Below are positions 1-11,370 of a DNA stretch of 64,000 bases, in pieces (position 1 is the stretch's first letter; the number at the start of each line of letters is the position of its first letter). This DNA is from Chlorokybus atmophyticus. Lineage: Eukaryota > Plantae > Mesostigma and Chlorokybus algae. The stretch lies in the NCBI GenBank assembly GCA_009103225.1, contig RHPI01003169.1, positions 124,001 through 188,000 of the forward strand, written 5' to 3'. A program made the translations under genes and the position numbers. Below the pieces are notes generated by a model, which did not search any database, had not been told where the DNA came from, and was given only the letters and a program-made list of their open reading frames with translations.

Positions 1-593
1 GTGGCGGATATCGGCGAGTTATGAGTCTGCCGCGGATATCGACCGGGGCCCCAAGACCAGTCCGGAAGGTGCCAGAAAACGGAGGGCCAGTCGAGAAGGG
101 CTCGACCAGATTTCTGGAAGGGCCTAGCGCCAAGTAGTATAACTTGACCATATGAGCAGCAAATTAGGAGATCTTTGGTGCGTTGGAAAGGTCTAGAAGT
201 GTACTACAAGATTCTGCAAGAATATCTTAGCTTCTAGTTTCGTCTAGCGCTAGAATCGTCTAGACAGTAGCATGTGCAGACTGGTAGGTATAAAAGTGAC
301 ATTCTACAATTTGCAATACAACCTTTAGCTCCCTAGTTTCTGGTGTGCAAGCTTGGTGGTGGTTAGCAGGGGTTGCTAGCGTGTGCCCACCGGTGTGTGC
401 TTGCTTGTGTGACGATCCAAGGCGCTACACAAATCGGTGTGTAGCTTCGAGCGCATGCGCGTGCGTACGCGAGTGGCGGGGCGCGCGTGTGTGCTTGGCA
501 GAGGGGGCAAGGTTCCGGTGTGAATACCGTGTCTTGGTGAGAGGGTTGTGGATTGGACCAACTCACAGGTGACAAGGCACGAGCACCGTCACA
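1..593 (+). repeat. 5' LTR of chromovirus (first 79 bp lie upstream of the window)
   Basis: Colinear with 5378-5970; ends ...CGTCACA; TATAAAA at 289-295. Confidence 0.95.
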
Positions 594-595
594 AA

Positions 596-607
596 TGGTA
601 TCGGAGC
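596..607 (+). promoter_or_regulatory. Primer binding site, tRNA-iMet type
   Basis: TGGTATCGGAGC 2 nt after the LTR; one difference (G:U wobble compatible) from canonical TGGTATCAGAGC. Confidence 0.9.
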
Positions 608-687
608 ACGGTTTACGAAGGTGAGAGAGGAAGTGTGTGGGCGTTTACACTTTTCATTCGGAAGCGGAGTGTAGTGTGTTAGTGGAG

Positions 688-1716
688 ATGGAGGATGCTC
701 GCATGGAAGAGCTTCAAGCTGCCATCTTGGCACTGAGGGAAGAGCTTCATCACACTCAAGCGGCGGCACAAGCACAACGCGAGGCGTATGAGCATGCGAT
801 GGCGCGTGTACAAATTCCCATGGCATCAAGCTCGCGCGTGCATGTGAAGGTGCCAAAGCCCAAGCCATTCAAGGGTCAACGTGATGGAGATGCAGTGGAT
901 GAATGGATCTTTCAAGTATCGTCTTGGTTGAAGCTCACGGAGGTGCCCACGCATCTGCACGCGGAGGTTGCAGCGACATTGCTTGAAGGTGCAGCACTTG
1001 TGTGGTGGAGGCATCGATGTACGCGAGTTGCAAACGGGTTGGCGCTACCATTGACCACCATGGAAGAGTTGGCACTGGAGGTCAGGCATCAATTTGTTCC
1101 CGTTGAGAGCGTGAAGGCCGCACGCGACAAACTTGCAGCCCTTGTGCAAATGGGGTCGGTGATGGCGTACACGGCCGCGTTTCAGCGATTGGTGATGTCC
1201 ATACCCAATATGACCGAGGAGGAGCAGTTGGACAGGTATACACGTGGTTTAAAACCTTTGGGGCGTAAAGAAGTGGAGCTACGGGACCCGAAGACACTCG
1301 CGGAGGCTATACGCATCGCGGAGCGTCTCGACGCGTTGTACTTCAAGTCCACCACAAGAAACACTGACTGGAGGCAAAGGCATGGTGATCAGCCCCGGGG
1401 AGGCTTTCAACATGCATGGAGACGAGGAGAACCAAGTTCAGCACTTGCCAATGGAGGTGGAGCTGACTCTGGGCCTGCACCAATGGAGGTGGGTGCCATA
1501 CACACACAGGGAAGTGGGGCGAAGCACGGCTGACGTGGTGAAAGAGGTAAAGGTGTGCGCAAGTGTTATGCGTGTGGGTCGACGGAGCATTTGGCGTACG
1601 GATGCCCCAAACGAAGCACGCAAAGGCCAACACCGGATGGCAACCCTCGCCGTGATCGTCGCGTCAACACCATGGAGCAAAATGGCGTGGAGCAGGAAAA
1701 CGACTTCCCCCAGTAG
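688..1716 (+). pseudogene. gag: gag of chromovirus with an in-frame TGA (1531-1533) before the zinc knuckle
   Basis: Retrotrans_gag-like KPKPFKG...WIFQV, GPAPMEVG; the same frame continues after TGA to CYACGSTEHLAYGC (CCHC) and ends TAG at 1714-1716. Confidence 0.9.
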
Positions 1717-4700
1717 GTGAGGAGGCTACTGCTGGGGATAGGAAGGAGCCTCATGCACGGACGGATGCTGTGACATTTCCATTAAAGAAGCAAGAGGAGA
1801 TGGCTTTGAACGCGCCAATGGTGGTGAGTTATGCAAACGAGGAGACAACAAAGTACTTCGGGCTTCGAGCACACATTTGCGATGACCAAGGACGATGGAG
1901 AGAGTGTAAGCTCATGATTGATAGCGGTGCCAACAGCAACTTCATGAGTATTGATATCGCGCGGCGTTACGGTTGGCTTTCGTCATTACGAGGAGGTGAA
2001 GTGAAGCTCGCTGATGGAGAGCCACCCTCTGGAGGTGATGGCGCTGCGTTTATGACCAAAGAGTTGTGCGTTCGCATTGGGAAGATGAAGGAGAGCATGC
2101 GATTTTGCTGCATCACCCTACGGAACGGGTTTGATGGGATTTTGGGACTACCGTGGCTATGGCAACATAATCCAGCCATCAATTGGAGGAAGCGCGTGCT
2201 CACCATCGAGCGAAACGGTGGAGAGTCCATTCAAGCTGCATCGGACGTCATCGAGGCGCGGCACGCACAATTAGGTGGTACGACAATTGCCCAGATCTCT
2301 TATGTGCAATTGAGGAAGTTATTGTCTCCACGGAAGGCAAAGGCTGCATGGTTGTGCGTGGTGCGCGAAAACACTGCAAAGTCAGCACCGGAGCTGAGTG
2401 ACGATGTTCAGACGGCTACTATGGACCCCGAGGTGTGTAAACTTGTTAAAGAATACCAAGATATCATGGTGGACGGACTTCCATCTGGTCTACCACCTCC
2501 ACGGAGCGTAGACCACCGTGTGGAGCTGATTGAGGGCGTGCACAAGCCACCGTATCGACCCGTATACAAGTTGTCACCTTTGGAACTGGAAGAGGCCGAG
2601 AGGCAGGTGGCGGACTTGCTGAAAAGAGGCTACATCAGGCCTAGTAAGTCCCCCTATGGTGCACCTATTTTGTTTGTACGAAAGAAGAACGGGAGCTTGC
2701 GCATGTGCGTCGACTACCGAGCTCTCAACAACATCACGAAGAGGAATTGCTTTCCACTCCCACGTATCGACGAGTTGCTGGAGCAATTGCAAGGTGCGCA
2801 GTACTTCACAACACTTGATCTTGCTGGAGGTTATCACCAAATTCGCATCGCGCCCGAGGATGTGGAGAAAACAGCTTTTAACACACGTTATGGGCACTAC
2901 GAGTGGTTGGTCATGTCCTTCGGACTTACGAACGCACCGGCAACATTTCAAACGCTTATGAACAGCGTTTTTGCTGACTTGATTGGTAAGGGAGTCCTCG
3001 TGTACCTCGACGACATTTTGGTGTACGCGACAACAAAGGAGGAGCACGTGGCACTTCTACGGCGCGTGTTGCAGCGTTTGCGCGAACACAAGTTGTACGC
3101 CCAGCTACAAAAGTGCAAATTCTTGCTTCGAGAGGTGGAGTACCTAGGCCACATTGTGTCGCATGAAGGCATCAAGCCGGACCCCAACAAAGTGCAGGTG
3201 GTGCGCGAGTGGGCTGCCCCGACCAATGTAAAGGAGGTGATGTCCTTTTTAGGCCTTGCGGGGTATTATCGCAAGTTTATCATGGGGTTTTCGCGCATAG
3301 CTGCTCCCTTGACTACCCTACTCAAGAAGGGAAAGCATTGGAGCTGGTCAGCAACAGAGGAACATGCATTTGCTGCGTTGAAGAAGGCGCTGACGGAGGC
3401 ACCAGTCCTGGCTCACCCCGACATGGAAAAGACATTTATTTTGGCTTGCGACGCGTCCGACACAGCCGTAGGAGCTGTTTTGCAGCAAGACCATGGCAAC
3501 GGCCTTCAACCAGTAGCATTCTTCAGCAAGAAGATGAGTGGTGCGGAGCTGAATTACCCCGTGCACGAGAAGGAACTTTTAGCGCAAGTCATGGCGCTAC
3601 GACAATGGCGTTGTTTTCTGGAAGGCAAAAAGTTCGTGCTTGAGACGGATCACTCTCCACTGAGGTACTTACAAACACAACCTCATCTGAGTCGCAGACA
3701 AGCTCGATGGCTTGAGTTCTTTCAACTTTTTGACTTCGATATCAAGTACAAGCCCGGTACGTCAAATGGTGTTGCTGACGCGCTGAGCCGGCTTAATGCA
3801 ATTGAGGCACTCGCTCAAGTGCAGCCCGAGTGGACCGACCAGATTCGGCAAGTGCTTCGTGAAGACACGGAGGGTATGAAAGTGTTGCAAGAGCTGGAAA
3901 ATACAGCTACGGACACAAGTGGGCACTGGTCAATGCGCGACGGGCTGCTGTGGCACCATGGGCGCTTGTACATCCCCAACGTCGCGCATATCCGTGTGAA
4001 GTTGCTGAAGGAAGCTCATGACGTGCCCATTGCTGGTCACCAAGGGTTGGAAAGGACTTTGGCAAGCTTAAAACAGCGTTTTTACTGGCGAGAGATGCAT
4101 CGCGATGTGCGCGACTACGTGGCGTTGTGCGACGCATGCCAAAGGGTGAAGGCAAGCAACCAAAAGCCAGGTGGGTTGCTGCAACCTCTCCCTGTGCCAT
4201 TGTCCAAGTGGGAGCAAGTTACCATGGACTTTATCACGGGGCTACCAAAGACAAAAGAAGGGTACGACGCTATACTTGTGTTCGTCGATAAAACCAGCAA
4301 AATGGTACGCTTGGCACCGTGTAGTGAGTCTTGCACGGCACCGGAGGCAGCACGCTTGTTCGTGAAGCATGTATTTCGTTCTCATGGATTACCACGAAGC
4401 ATTGTGAGTGATCGCGACCCGCGCTTTACAAGTAAGTTTTGGGAGGCGCTGCATAGTGCACTGGGTACCACACTGAAGTTTAGCACGGCATTCCACCCGC
4501 AAACTGATGGGCAAACGGAGCGGGCCAACCGTGTGATCGAGGACATGCTGCGTTGCTACGTTAACGCGCGACAAGACAATTGGGAGGAGCTGCTTGAGTT
4601 GGTTGAGTTTGCGATCAACAACCACCACAATGCAAGCACAGGTGTCACTCCCTTCCTTATGAACTACGGGCAACATCCATTGACACCGTTGACGGCATGG

Positions 4701-5303
4701 ACACCGCGACGACATGACGTGCGTGTGGAGGCAGCTAATGACTTCCTTACAAAGTGCGCGGACATTAACAAGGCAGCTAGGGATGCGTTATTGGTGGCAC
4801 AAAATCGGCAGAAGCAGTACGCGGACGCGCATCGCCGACACCTCACGTTTCAGGAAGGCGACATTGTGTTACTCTCCGCGAAGCACGTCCAGGTGCGTAC
4901 GGGAGTTCGCAAGCTGAATGAACGCTGGTTGGGACCATTTAAGGTCAGCAAAGTTATCTCGGACGTGGCGTACAAGTTGGAGCTACCCGACACCATGCGT
5001 GTGCACCCCGTTTTTCACGTCTCCCTTCTGAAAACATATCGAGGACAACCGCCAGAAAGGCCACCCCCCGAAGTTGGCACGGACGATGAACCCGAGTGGG
5101 AGGTAGAAGACATCCTTGGTGAAAAGTTTGTGCATGGCGTACGCAAGTTCTTAGTGAAATGGAAGGGCTATCCGTTGCATGAAGCATCCTGGGAGCCAGA
5201 GGCACATTTGACTAATGCTCAAGACATTGTGCGTGCCTATCTTGCTCGACGACAACCTCGCGAGCTTCGAGGACGAAGCTCACCTTGGGGAGGAGGAGTG
5301 TAA
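1695..5303 (+). CDS. pol: pol polyprotein (aspartic protease, RT, RNase H, integrase, chromodomain), in the -1 frame relative to gag
   Basis: Frame open 1656-5303; IDSGAN, MCVDYRALN, YLDDIL, CDASD, HHCC zinc finger, DFITGLP...SDRDPRF...DGQTER, GPFKV, WEVEDIL...LVKWKGY...SWEP; stop lies inside the 3' LTR. Confidence 0.95.
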   Translation, partial: GKRLPPVGEEATAGDRKEPHARTDAVTFPLKKQEEMALNAPMVVSYANEETTKYFGLRAHICDDQGRWRECKLMIDSGANSNFMSIDIARRYGWLSSLRGGEVKLADGEPPSGGDGAAFMTKELCVRIGKMKESMRFCCITLRNGFDGILGLPWLWQHNPAINWRKRVLTIERNGGESIQAASDVIEARHAQLGGTTIAQISYVQLRKLLSPRKAKAAWLCVVRENTAKSAPELSDDVQTATMDPEVCKLVKEYQDIMVDGLPSGLPPPRSVDHRVELIEGVHKPPYRPVYKLSPLELEEAERQVADLLKRGYIRPSKSPYGAPILFVRKKNGSLRMCVDYRALNNITKRNCFPLPRIDELLEQLQGAQYFTTLDLAGGYHQIRIAPEDVEKTAFNTRYGHYEWLVMSFGLTNAPATFQTLMNSVFADLIGKGVLVYLDDILVYATTKEEHVALLRRVLQRLREHKLYAQLQKCKFLLREVEYLGHIVSHEGIKPDPNKVQVVREWAAPTNVKEVMSFLGLAGYYRKFIMGFSRIAAPLTTLLKKGKHWSWSATEEHAFAALKKALTEAPVLAHPDMEKTFILACDASDTAVGAVLQQDHGNGLQPVAFFSKKMSGAELNYPVHEKELLAQVMALRQWRCFLEGKKFVLETDHSPLRYLQTQPHLSRRQARWLEFFQLFDFDIKYKPGTSNGVADALSRLNAIEALAQVQPEWTDQIRQVLREDTEGMKVLQELENTATDTSGHWSMRDGLLWHHGRLYIPNVAHIRVKLLKEAHDVPIAGHQGLERTLASLKQRFYWREMHRDVRDYVALCDACQRVKASNQKPGGLLQPLPVPLSKWEQVTMDFITGLPKTKEGYDAILVFVDKTSKMVRLAPCSESCTAPEAARLFVKHVFRSHGLPRSIVSDRDPRFTSKFWEALHSALGTTLKFSTAFHPQTDGQTERANRVIEDMLRCYVNARQDNWEELLELVEFAINNHHNASTGVTPFLMNYGQHPLTPLTAWTPRRHDVRVEAANDFLTKCADINKAARDALLVAQNRQKQYADAHRRHLTFQEGDIVLLSAKHVQVRTGVRKLNERWLGPFKVSKVISDVAYKLELPDTMRVHPVFHVSLLKTYRGQPPERPPPEVGTDDEPEWEVEDILGEKFVHGVRKFLVKWKGYPLHEASWEPEAHLTNAQDIVRAYLARRQPRELRGRSSPWGGGV
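5287..5298 (+). promoter_or_regulatory. Polypurine tract
   Basis: GGGGAGGAGGAG immediately before TGTAACA of the 3' LTR. Confidence 0.9.
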
Positions 5304-5970
5304 CAGTCAAGGCCAAATTCTGTGATTTTCATTGCCGTTTTAGGCCTTATTTGTAAGGTACATGTTTTCAATGACTTGTGGCGGATATCGGCGAGTTATG
5401 AGTCTGCCGCGGATATCGACCGGGGCCCCAAGACCAGTCCGGAAGGTGCCAGAAAACGGAGGGCCAGTCGAGAAGGGCTCGACCAGATTTTTGGAAGGGC
5501 CTGGCGCCAGGTAGTATAACTTGACCAAATGAGCAGCAAATTAGGAGATCTTTGGTGCGTTGGAAAGGTCTAAAAGTGTACTACAAGATTCTGCAAGAGT
5601 ATCTTAGCTTCTAGTTCCGTCTAGCGCTAGAATCGTCTAGACAGTAGCATGTGCAGACTGGTAGGTATAAAAGTGACATTCTACAACTTGCAATACAACC
5701 TTTAGCTCCCTAGTTTCTTGTGTGCAAGCTTGGTGGTGGTTAGCAGGGGTTGCTAGCGTGTGCCCACCGGTGTGTGCTTGCTTGTGTGACGATCCAAGGC
5801 GCTACACAAGTCGGTGTGTAGCTTCGAGCGCATGCGCGTGCGTACGCGAGTGGCGGGGCGCGCGTGTGTGCTTGGCAGAGGGGGCAAGGTTCCGGTGTGA
5901 ATACCGTGTCTTGGTGAGAGGGTTGTGGATTGGACCAACTCACAGGTGACAAGGCACGAGCACCGTCACA
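5299..5970 (+). repeat. 3' LTR of chromovirus (672 bp)
   Basis: TGTAAC...GTCACA; matches 1-593 over its last 593 bp; right flank CAAGC. Confidence 0.95.
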
Positions 5971-7388
5971 CAAGCTCAGCGGGTAGTAATACTGGCATCT
6001 GCATGCGATGCTGCTATGGTTGTATCAAAGCGTTCAGCAAGTTTAGGACTTCAAGGACTGTAATTGCAGGCACGTCTGCATGCGTGGCATGCTTGTCACA
6101 ATGGATTGGTTGCTCGCTTGAAGCCGTTAAGGCAATGCTCGTCAGCATGCCGCTCAATGGGCGTTTGCCTGTAGTAGTCGCCTTTAAACATGGCAAATTG
6201 CCGTCCTGCGTAGCACATGGCATTGCAACGGTAGTACATTGTTGTGAAGCAGGCTGCAAGTCGTGGTGATTGATAGACAATAGCAGCACCGGGCTTAATG
6301 GAGCTGGCATAGTTATGTCGTGTGCCACAAGCCCATCTTAATTTTGGTCATGGCTATCATTAAGTGTCCTACTTGCACAACACGGGCTCAGCACACTCTC
6401 ATCTCACAGCGCAATGTATTACACTTGGGGTTGATAGCGCTTATTGATGCCCTGCGCAAAGTGTATGTCATTTATAGTATTGAACATGTGTGCACGCGTG
6501 TTCGCATCTTAGCACACACTCAACAACAAGCTCAGTGCCGCCGCCGTCGCTGCTGCTCTGCGCAAGCACAACAACAACAACTACTACTATGGTGTGCAAG
6601 CTGCAGGCGCCGGCGCCCTGCAAGGTACGCTGCGTCAGCTACCGAGTGCGCGGCTCGGGGCTGAGGGCGCGTTCAACGCCCGCCTGCATCCTCTGCGGTG
6701 GCAAATTGAATAACTGCCGATGTCACGCGCTGTCTGCCAGTGACGTCGGCAGTCAAGTATTGGCCAGAGTACGACTCGTACCAATGCAGCGTACAGTGTA
6801 GGGCGTAGGTGGGGTGCGCCATTAGCCTTGCCTGGCGTTGCGGCGACAGCGCGGATGAGCCGGCGAAGCTGCAGTAGGGTATGCGTAAGAACTGCGTGAG
6901 AGCTTGCCCTGGGGAGGCGGTTTGGCGCCGCCGCTGTCGCTACCAAGCAGGTGAGCGTGGGTGGGCTACAATGAACAAACGCTAGCTTTGCGGGGGTGCG
7001 TAGGCGTGGGTGCATATGTGTCTTGACAGAGTACACAGTCCACTACTCTGCCGCTGACGCACTCTACTAGTCTGCTGACACATGCACGCGTGCTTTTGTC
7101 TTGGGGAGCAGTGCGTTTGCTGCCACCGGCTTCAGTCTTTGCTGCGTATGTGTGTGTGCATTGCGTGTACATGAGCTTGACAGGTCTGCATGCCCTTTGA
7201 AGTTGACAGCTGCGAGCACAGTGTCTCCTCTCTTGTCTACTACTGCCTGCCTTATCATCGTTGCAGCTGTGTACCTATCATGCTGCTATCCTGCTATCCT
7301 CTGGTAGAAACCAACCTCCACCTCTTTGCTCGCTTGACAGCGCTTCACGAAGATGAGGTCAGCTTCTCATTCTCCGCTGCCGGCATGG

Positions 7389-10300
7389 ATGCAACTGTCT
7401 TTGGCGCTGGCGCTGACGCTGGCGCTTGTGACCACCTGCACATCCGCCCTCAGCGTGGATGACCCCGTCATGTAGGATTTCTGCTTGCTACTGACACAAC
7501 GGCAACAACAACAACACGTGTGCTCACAGAGTGGACGGGCCGTATGAGGTGGAGCTCTGCGGTGACGTTACACGCTCAAGGCAACCGAGTTAGTTACGGT
7601 CTATCAGCGTTTGTGCGCCAACCCCCTGGCGTGTACAAAATTAGGGGTCGAGGGCCGCAGCAAACCCCCTTGTCCAGGCTCGCCGACCAGAGTGGTGGGA
7701 AGTACCACTCTCGCTGTCAAGCAGCCATGCTACCGGCTCTAATCCACAGCGTGGAGGCGTACACGGCAGCCACCAGCGGGGCCATCGTAACCCCGGGAGT
7801 AGATGTGTACATTGTGGAATATAGCTCCATGGTGGACTGCTTGCCCAAAATCCTAACTGTCGATTGCGGCCCGGACAGTGTGGTGAGTGAGTGAGTACTG
7901 AGCTTTGCGAGTTGTATGTGTGAGAATGACTGCCACTTTACACAAGCATGTATCACACCAAAGAGAGAATGCTCGACGGCAGGGCGACCGGGGAGGCCTC
8001 TGTCGCTACAATAGCGTTGGCGCTAAATTGGTCATGGTGACACTGGAACAGCTTGGCGTCGTTGTGTTTAGCAGCATCAACATCGCCGTCGTGGAGTTCG
8101 AGTAAGCGTGTGCTTATGCATTGTCAACTCGCACGCAGCACACAGCAGTGCATGACAACCTTCAAGGTGTGCATATGTCATGCACACACGCACACGCACA
8201 CATGGGCACGCGCACGGGCGTGCACGCATCTAAGCATGTGCATACACACACATGAACGCACGCAGACATAACAGCACACGCACGCGCGCACGCACGCTCA
8301 CCTGCGCCAACACACGCACGAGCGGACGTGCGTAAGTGCAGCTACGCACGCAAACATGTGCATGCACACCAAGGCACCAACAAATACAACTGCACCCACA
8401 CGGGCACGCGCACCCGCACACCTGCACGTGTGCACACTACATGCGCGCACGACGGACTAAGAACTGACGCAGCACATCCTCGCAGCACGGGAGGGCCGTA
8501 TAGCGTGGACGTGTGCAGCAGTGTACGCTTGAGTTCCACTGCGAACATAGACGCGTGCGGGATGTATTAAGCGTTGAATTGCGATTTCAATGGCGATGGC
8601 GTGTTTGACGACGCGGTAGGCAACACACCTGTCTTCGAACCCATTCTGTTGGGCCTCAACCCGGGAATCCACACAATAAGCGTGCAGACTGTCACACGAG
8701 TGTCCTGTCCAAACTCTCCTCCCAAAGTGTTCAACACAGCCGTCCACGTCACCACATACGTGTCCGCCGTCTACAGCATAGGTATTTCATTGGCGAGTGG
8801 AAACCCTCTTGCGAGCGTTGGGGAGCGCATCCTTGTGGAGTATCGTCGATATGCGGCAGAGTGCGCTCCTTACAGCGTCACGAGAGATTACGGGCCAGAC
8901 ATCATTGTGGTGAGAAAGGCGTGTGTGCGTGTTGTGTCGGTGTGTATGCTCGCAAGCACTGCGGTACTAAGGCACACGACTTGTGTGGTGTGTCGTCAGG
9001 AGGACATTCCAAGTGATGTGCGGCCTCCAGTCAAGTATGGGGATTATGTTCGGTACACAAGCCCTGGACAGAAGACGTTCACCTGTACACTCACGCAATC
9101 TGGCGTCACAGTCACGAGGACGCACAACATCACAGTCACCACTTTCTAGTAAGTGATGGCTGCAATCATGTCATGTCCGATTGCCTGGCTGACACAACTT
9201 AAACGTCATATTGTATGTGTGTGATACGCAGATTGGGAGGGCCGTACATTGTTCCCCCGTGCACATGGGTCACGTTTCCAACTCCTAGAGTCGTCAACGC
9301 GTGCGGTAGAGAGCGTGTCCTCGCGTGGGACTTTAACAACGACGGCGTGTTTGAAAGCGGGTTGCCTTACATCCAAACCGACGTCTTACAGCTCCGTTCC
9401 GTGTGTCTGCTAATAGACCGAACGTGTACCCAATACACGTTCGGTCTATTAGCAGCCCAACATGCCCGGCCTCACCCGACGATGTGTACGCCTTCAACGT
9501 GACTGTCACCAAGGGTCCCAAACCGTTCATCAGGCAAATATTGATAACGCCGGAGAGTGGCAACCCCGCTGCTCGTGTGGGAGAGGACATCTTTCAAAGT
9601 TGTCGACGTGTTTTTCAACCAATGTCTTGCCTCCCTTGCAATGTCGTCATTGACTGCGGCGCAGACAGTGTGGTGAGTGTGCGCCAAGTGTTGTTGCAGC
9701 AATGCAGCCGAGCCCCGCGCGCGCGCGCGTGTGGCTCTCATTCTATGCAAGTTCGTGTGCGTGCTCAAGTACACACGCATGCATATAGTGTGTCATTGCG
9801 TGCGTGTGTGTGCAGGGGAACGTGACGGGTATTGGAGGGGTACTTTCGGTACAGCACCCCTGGACAGAAGGTCATCTACGTTACCGTGATGGTGGATGGT
9901 GTGTTGGTCTTCCGCACTTAGAACATTACGATCATATCTTTATTGTAAGTCGGCAACAATGCAACAATAGATTGTTATGTGCGTGCGTGTTGTGCTTCCA
10001 GCACGCCTTCTATGCGTGCAGCATCAGAGGGCCGTACAGCGTGCCTCTTTGCAGCAGTGTCTTTGTGGGAGCTGCAGGTGGCGTCGACGAGTGCATAAAC
10101 ACGCGAACCCAACTAGCTTGGGACTTAACAATGACGGGGTCTTTGATGATGCGACAGGGCCGAGACCACTCTTCAATGCGTCCACAATGCAGCTCCATCC
10201 GGGGGTGTATCCAACAAGCATGCAAGCCAGAGCTGAGACTGGCACCTGGCCAGGCTCTGTCACTATCATTCTAACTACCGATGTCACCGTCACTGGTGGC

Positions 10301-10615
10301 AACACTGTTGGAGAGCGCATTCAGATTAGTGTATCGGACAAGAAAGTTAAATGTTTCCCTTTCAACGTGACCATTGATTGCGGGTTGGATCATGTGGTAA
10401 GTGCATGCGTGTTGTTGTTATGTGCATGCAGTGTGGCAGTGTCTCTACAAAGTGTGACTTGCTGTTGCTGGGCGTTACAGGGGCAACAAGGCGGGCTTTT
10501 GTCAGTATGGCACTGTCGGCGTGAATGCATGTCAGTCACGCTTTCGCAGAGCGGTGTTGAGGTGTCCCGCACACTCAACGTGACGATGATCGCCACCACA
10601 CCATCTTGCATGACG
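7389..10615 (+). pseudogene. Decayed secreted protein gene with four tandem PKD/Ig-like repeat units
   Basis: Signal peptide MQLSLALALTLALVTTCTSA; four units starting GGPY-x-V, two to three with WDF(N/G)NDGVF(D/E)-like motifs; equivalent GT donors at 7883, 8910, 9673, 10397; disabled by TAA 8568-8570, TAG 9919-9921 and frameshifts near 7570, 9407, 10126. Confidence 0.7.
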
Positions 10616-10799
10616 TAAGCGCAAGTTGGGTCTTGTGCACACATGTGCACGCGCGCACGAGTGCGCTGGCACACAAACACGTTCTTATCAACATGTGGGC
10701 AGGCCGGCGTTTCCAGAGGGGAGAGTACGCGGGCAACGCGGGGTTGTGGGCAGGACGTGTGGCTAGGACTGTTAGCGTGCAATAGACAACCTGACTATA

Positions 10800-11370
10800 T
10801 CAAACCTGACTCGTAGCTTTATGATGCATTTGCAAGCCGAGCTAGCAATGACGCATGGGTAAAGGACGCTTGCTTTCTTGCTGGGATGTGCAAGTTACGA
10901 CAACCACTTACTTGCCGTACATTGACAACGCATGTTTGTGTTTGCAGCGTATCAAGCACTTCTTTAGCAACCTCACCATTATTGAAGTTTTGATGATGCT
11001 CGACGAAATTTGTATAAACAGAAACAATCACGACTACCGCCTGGTACGTGTCTGTGGGTGCGCGCTTGTGCGCGTGCACATGTGCATGTGTGAATCGTAA
11101 AATGAAACTCTTGTTACAGTTCTTGTGCATCCAGTCAATAGTAAATCGGGTGGGTGCAATTGAACAAGTTGGCAAAAGCGGCCACAGCACTGCTCAACGC
11201 ACAATACGTATATTATGCTCAGGTTGGTTGTCCCACGGCAATATGTTTTCCACGAGTTCTTTTTCATTGCCTCCATGACGTGTGCCCGCTTGCAGATGCT
11301 TGTGATTATTGGACTATGTTGACAATTGACACGAATTGTACTTGTGATTGTCATGCGACTTCAGTGTCCC
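10800..11370 (+). pseudogene. Possible further exons (C-terminal domain of the PKD-repeat gene?)
   Basis: AG/GT-bounded segments encoding RIKHFFSNLTIIEVLMMLDEIC and KLAKAATALLNAQYVYYAQ; frame continuity not established. Confidence 0.3.

Larger units (their letters stand above)
1..5970 (+). mobile_element. Ty3/Gypsy chromovirus LTR retrotransposon, near full length (5' LTR cut by window edge)
   Basis: Paired LTRs (1-593 = 5378-5970, about 10 substitutions by manual count), PBS, gag, pol with protease/RT/RNase H/integrase/chromodomain, PPT, 3' LTR TG...CA. Confidence 0.97.

Noticed and set aside
5971-7380. GC-rich patches with GT donors (about 6590-6625, 6855-6950) as a gene
   Set aside because: No coherent spliced frame or recognisable motif.
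10945-11045. Resemblance of IEVLMMLDEIC to adaptor-complex sigma/zeta subunits
   Set aside because: Only a few residues match and neighbouring exons do not fit; left unassigned.
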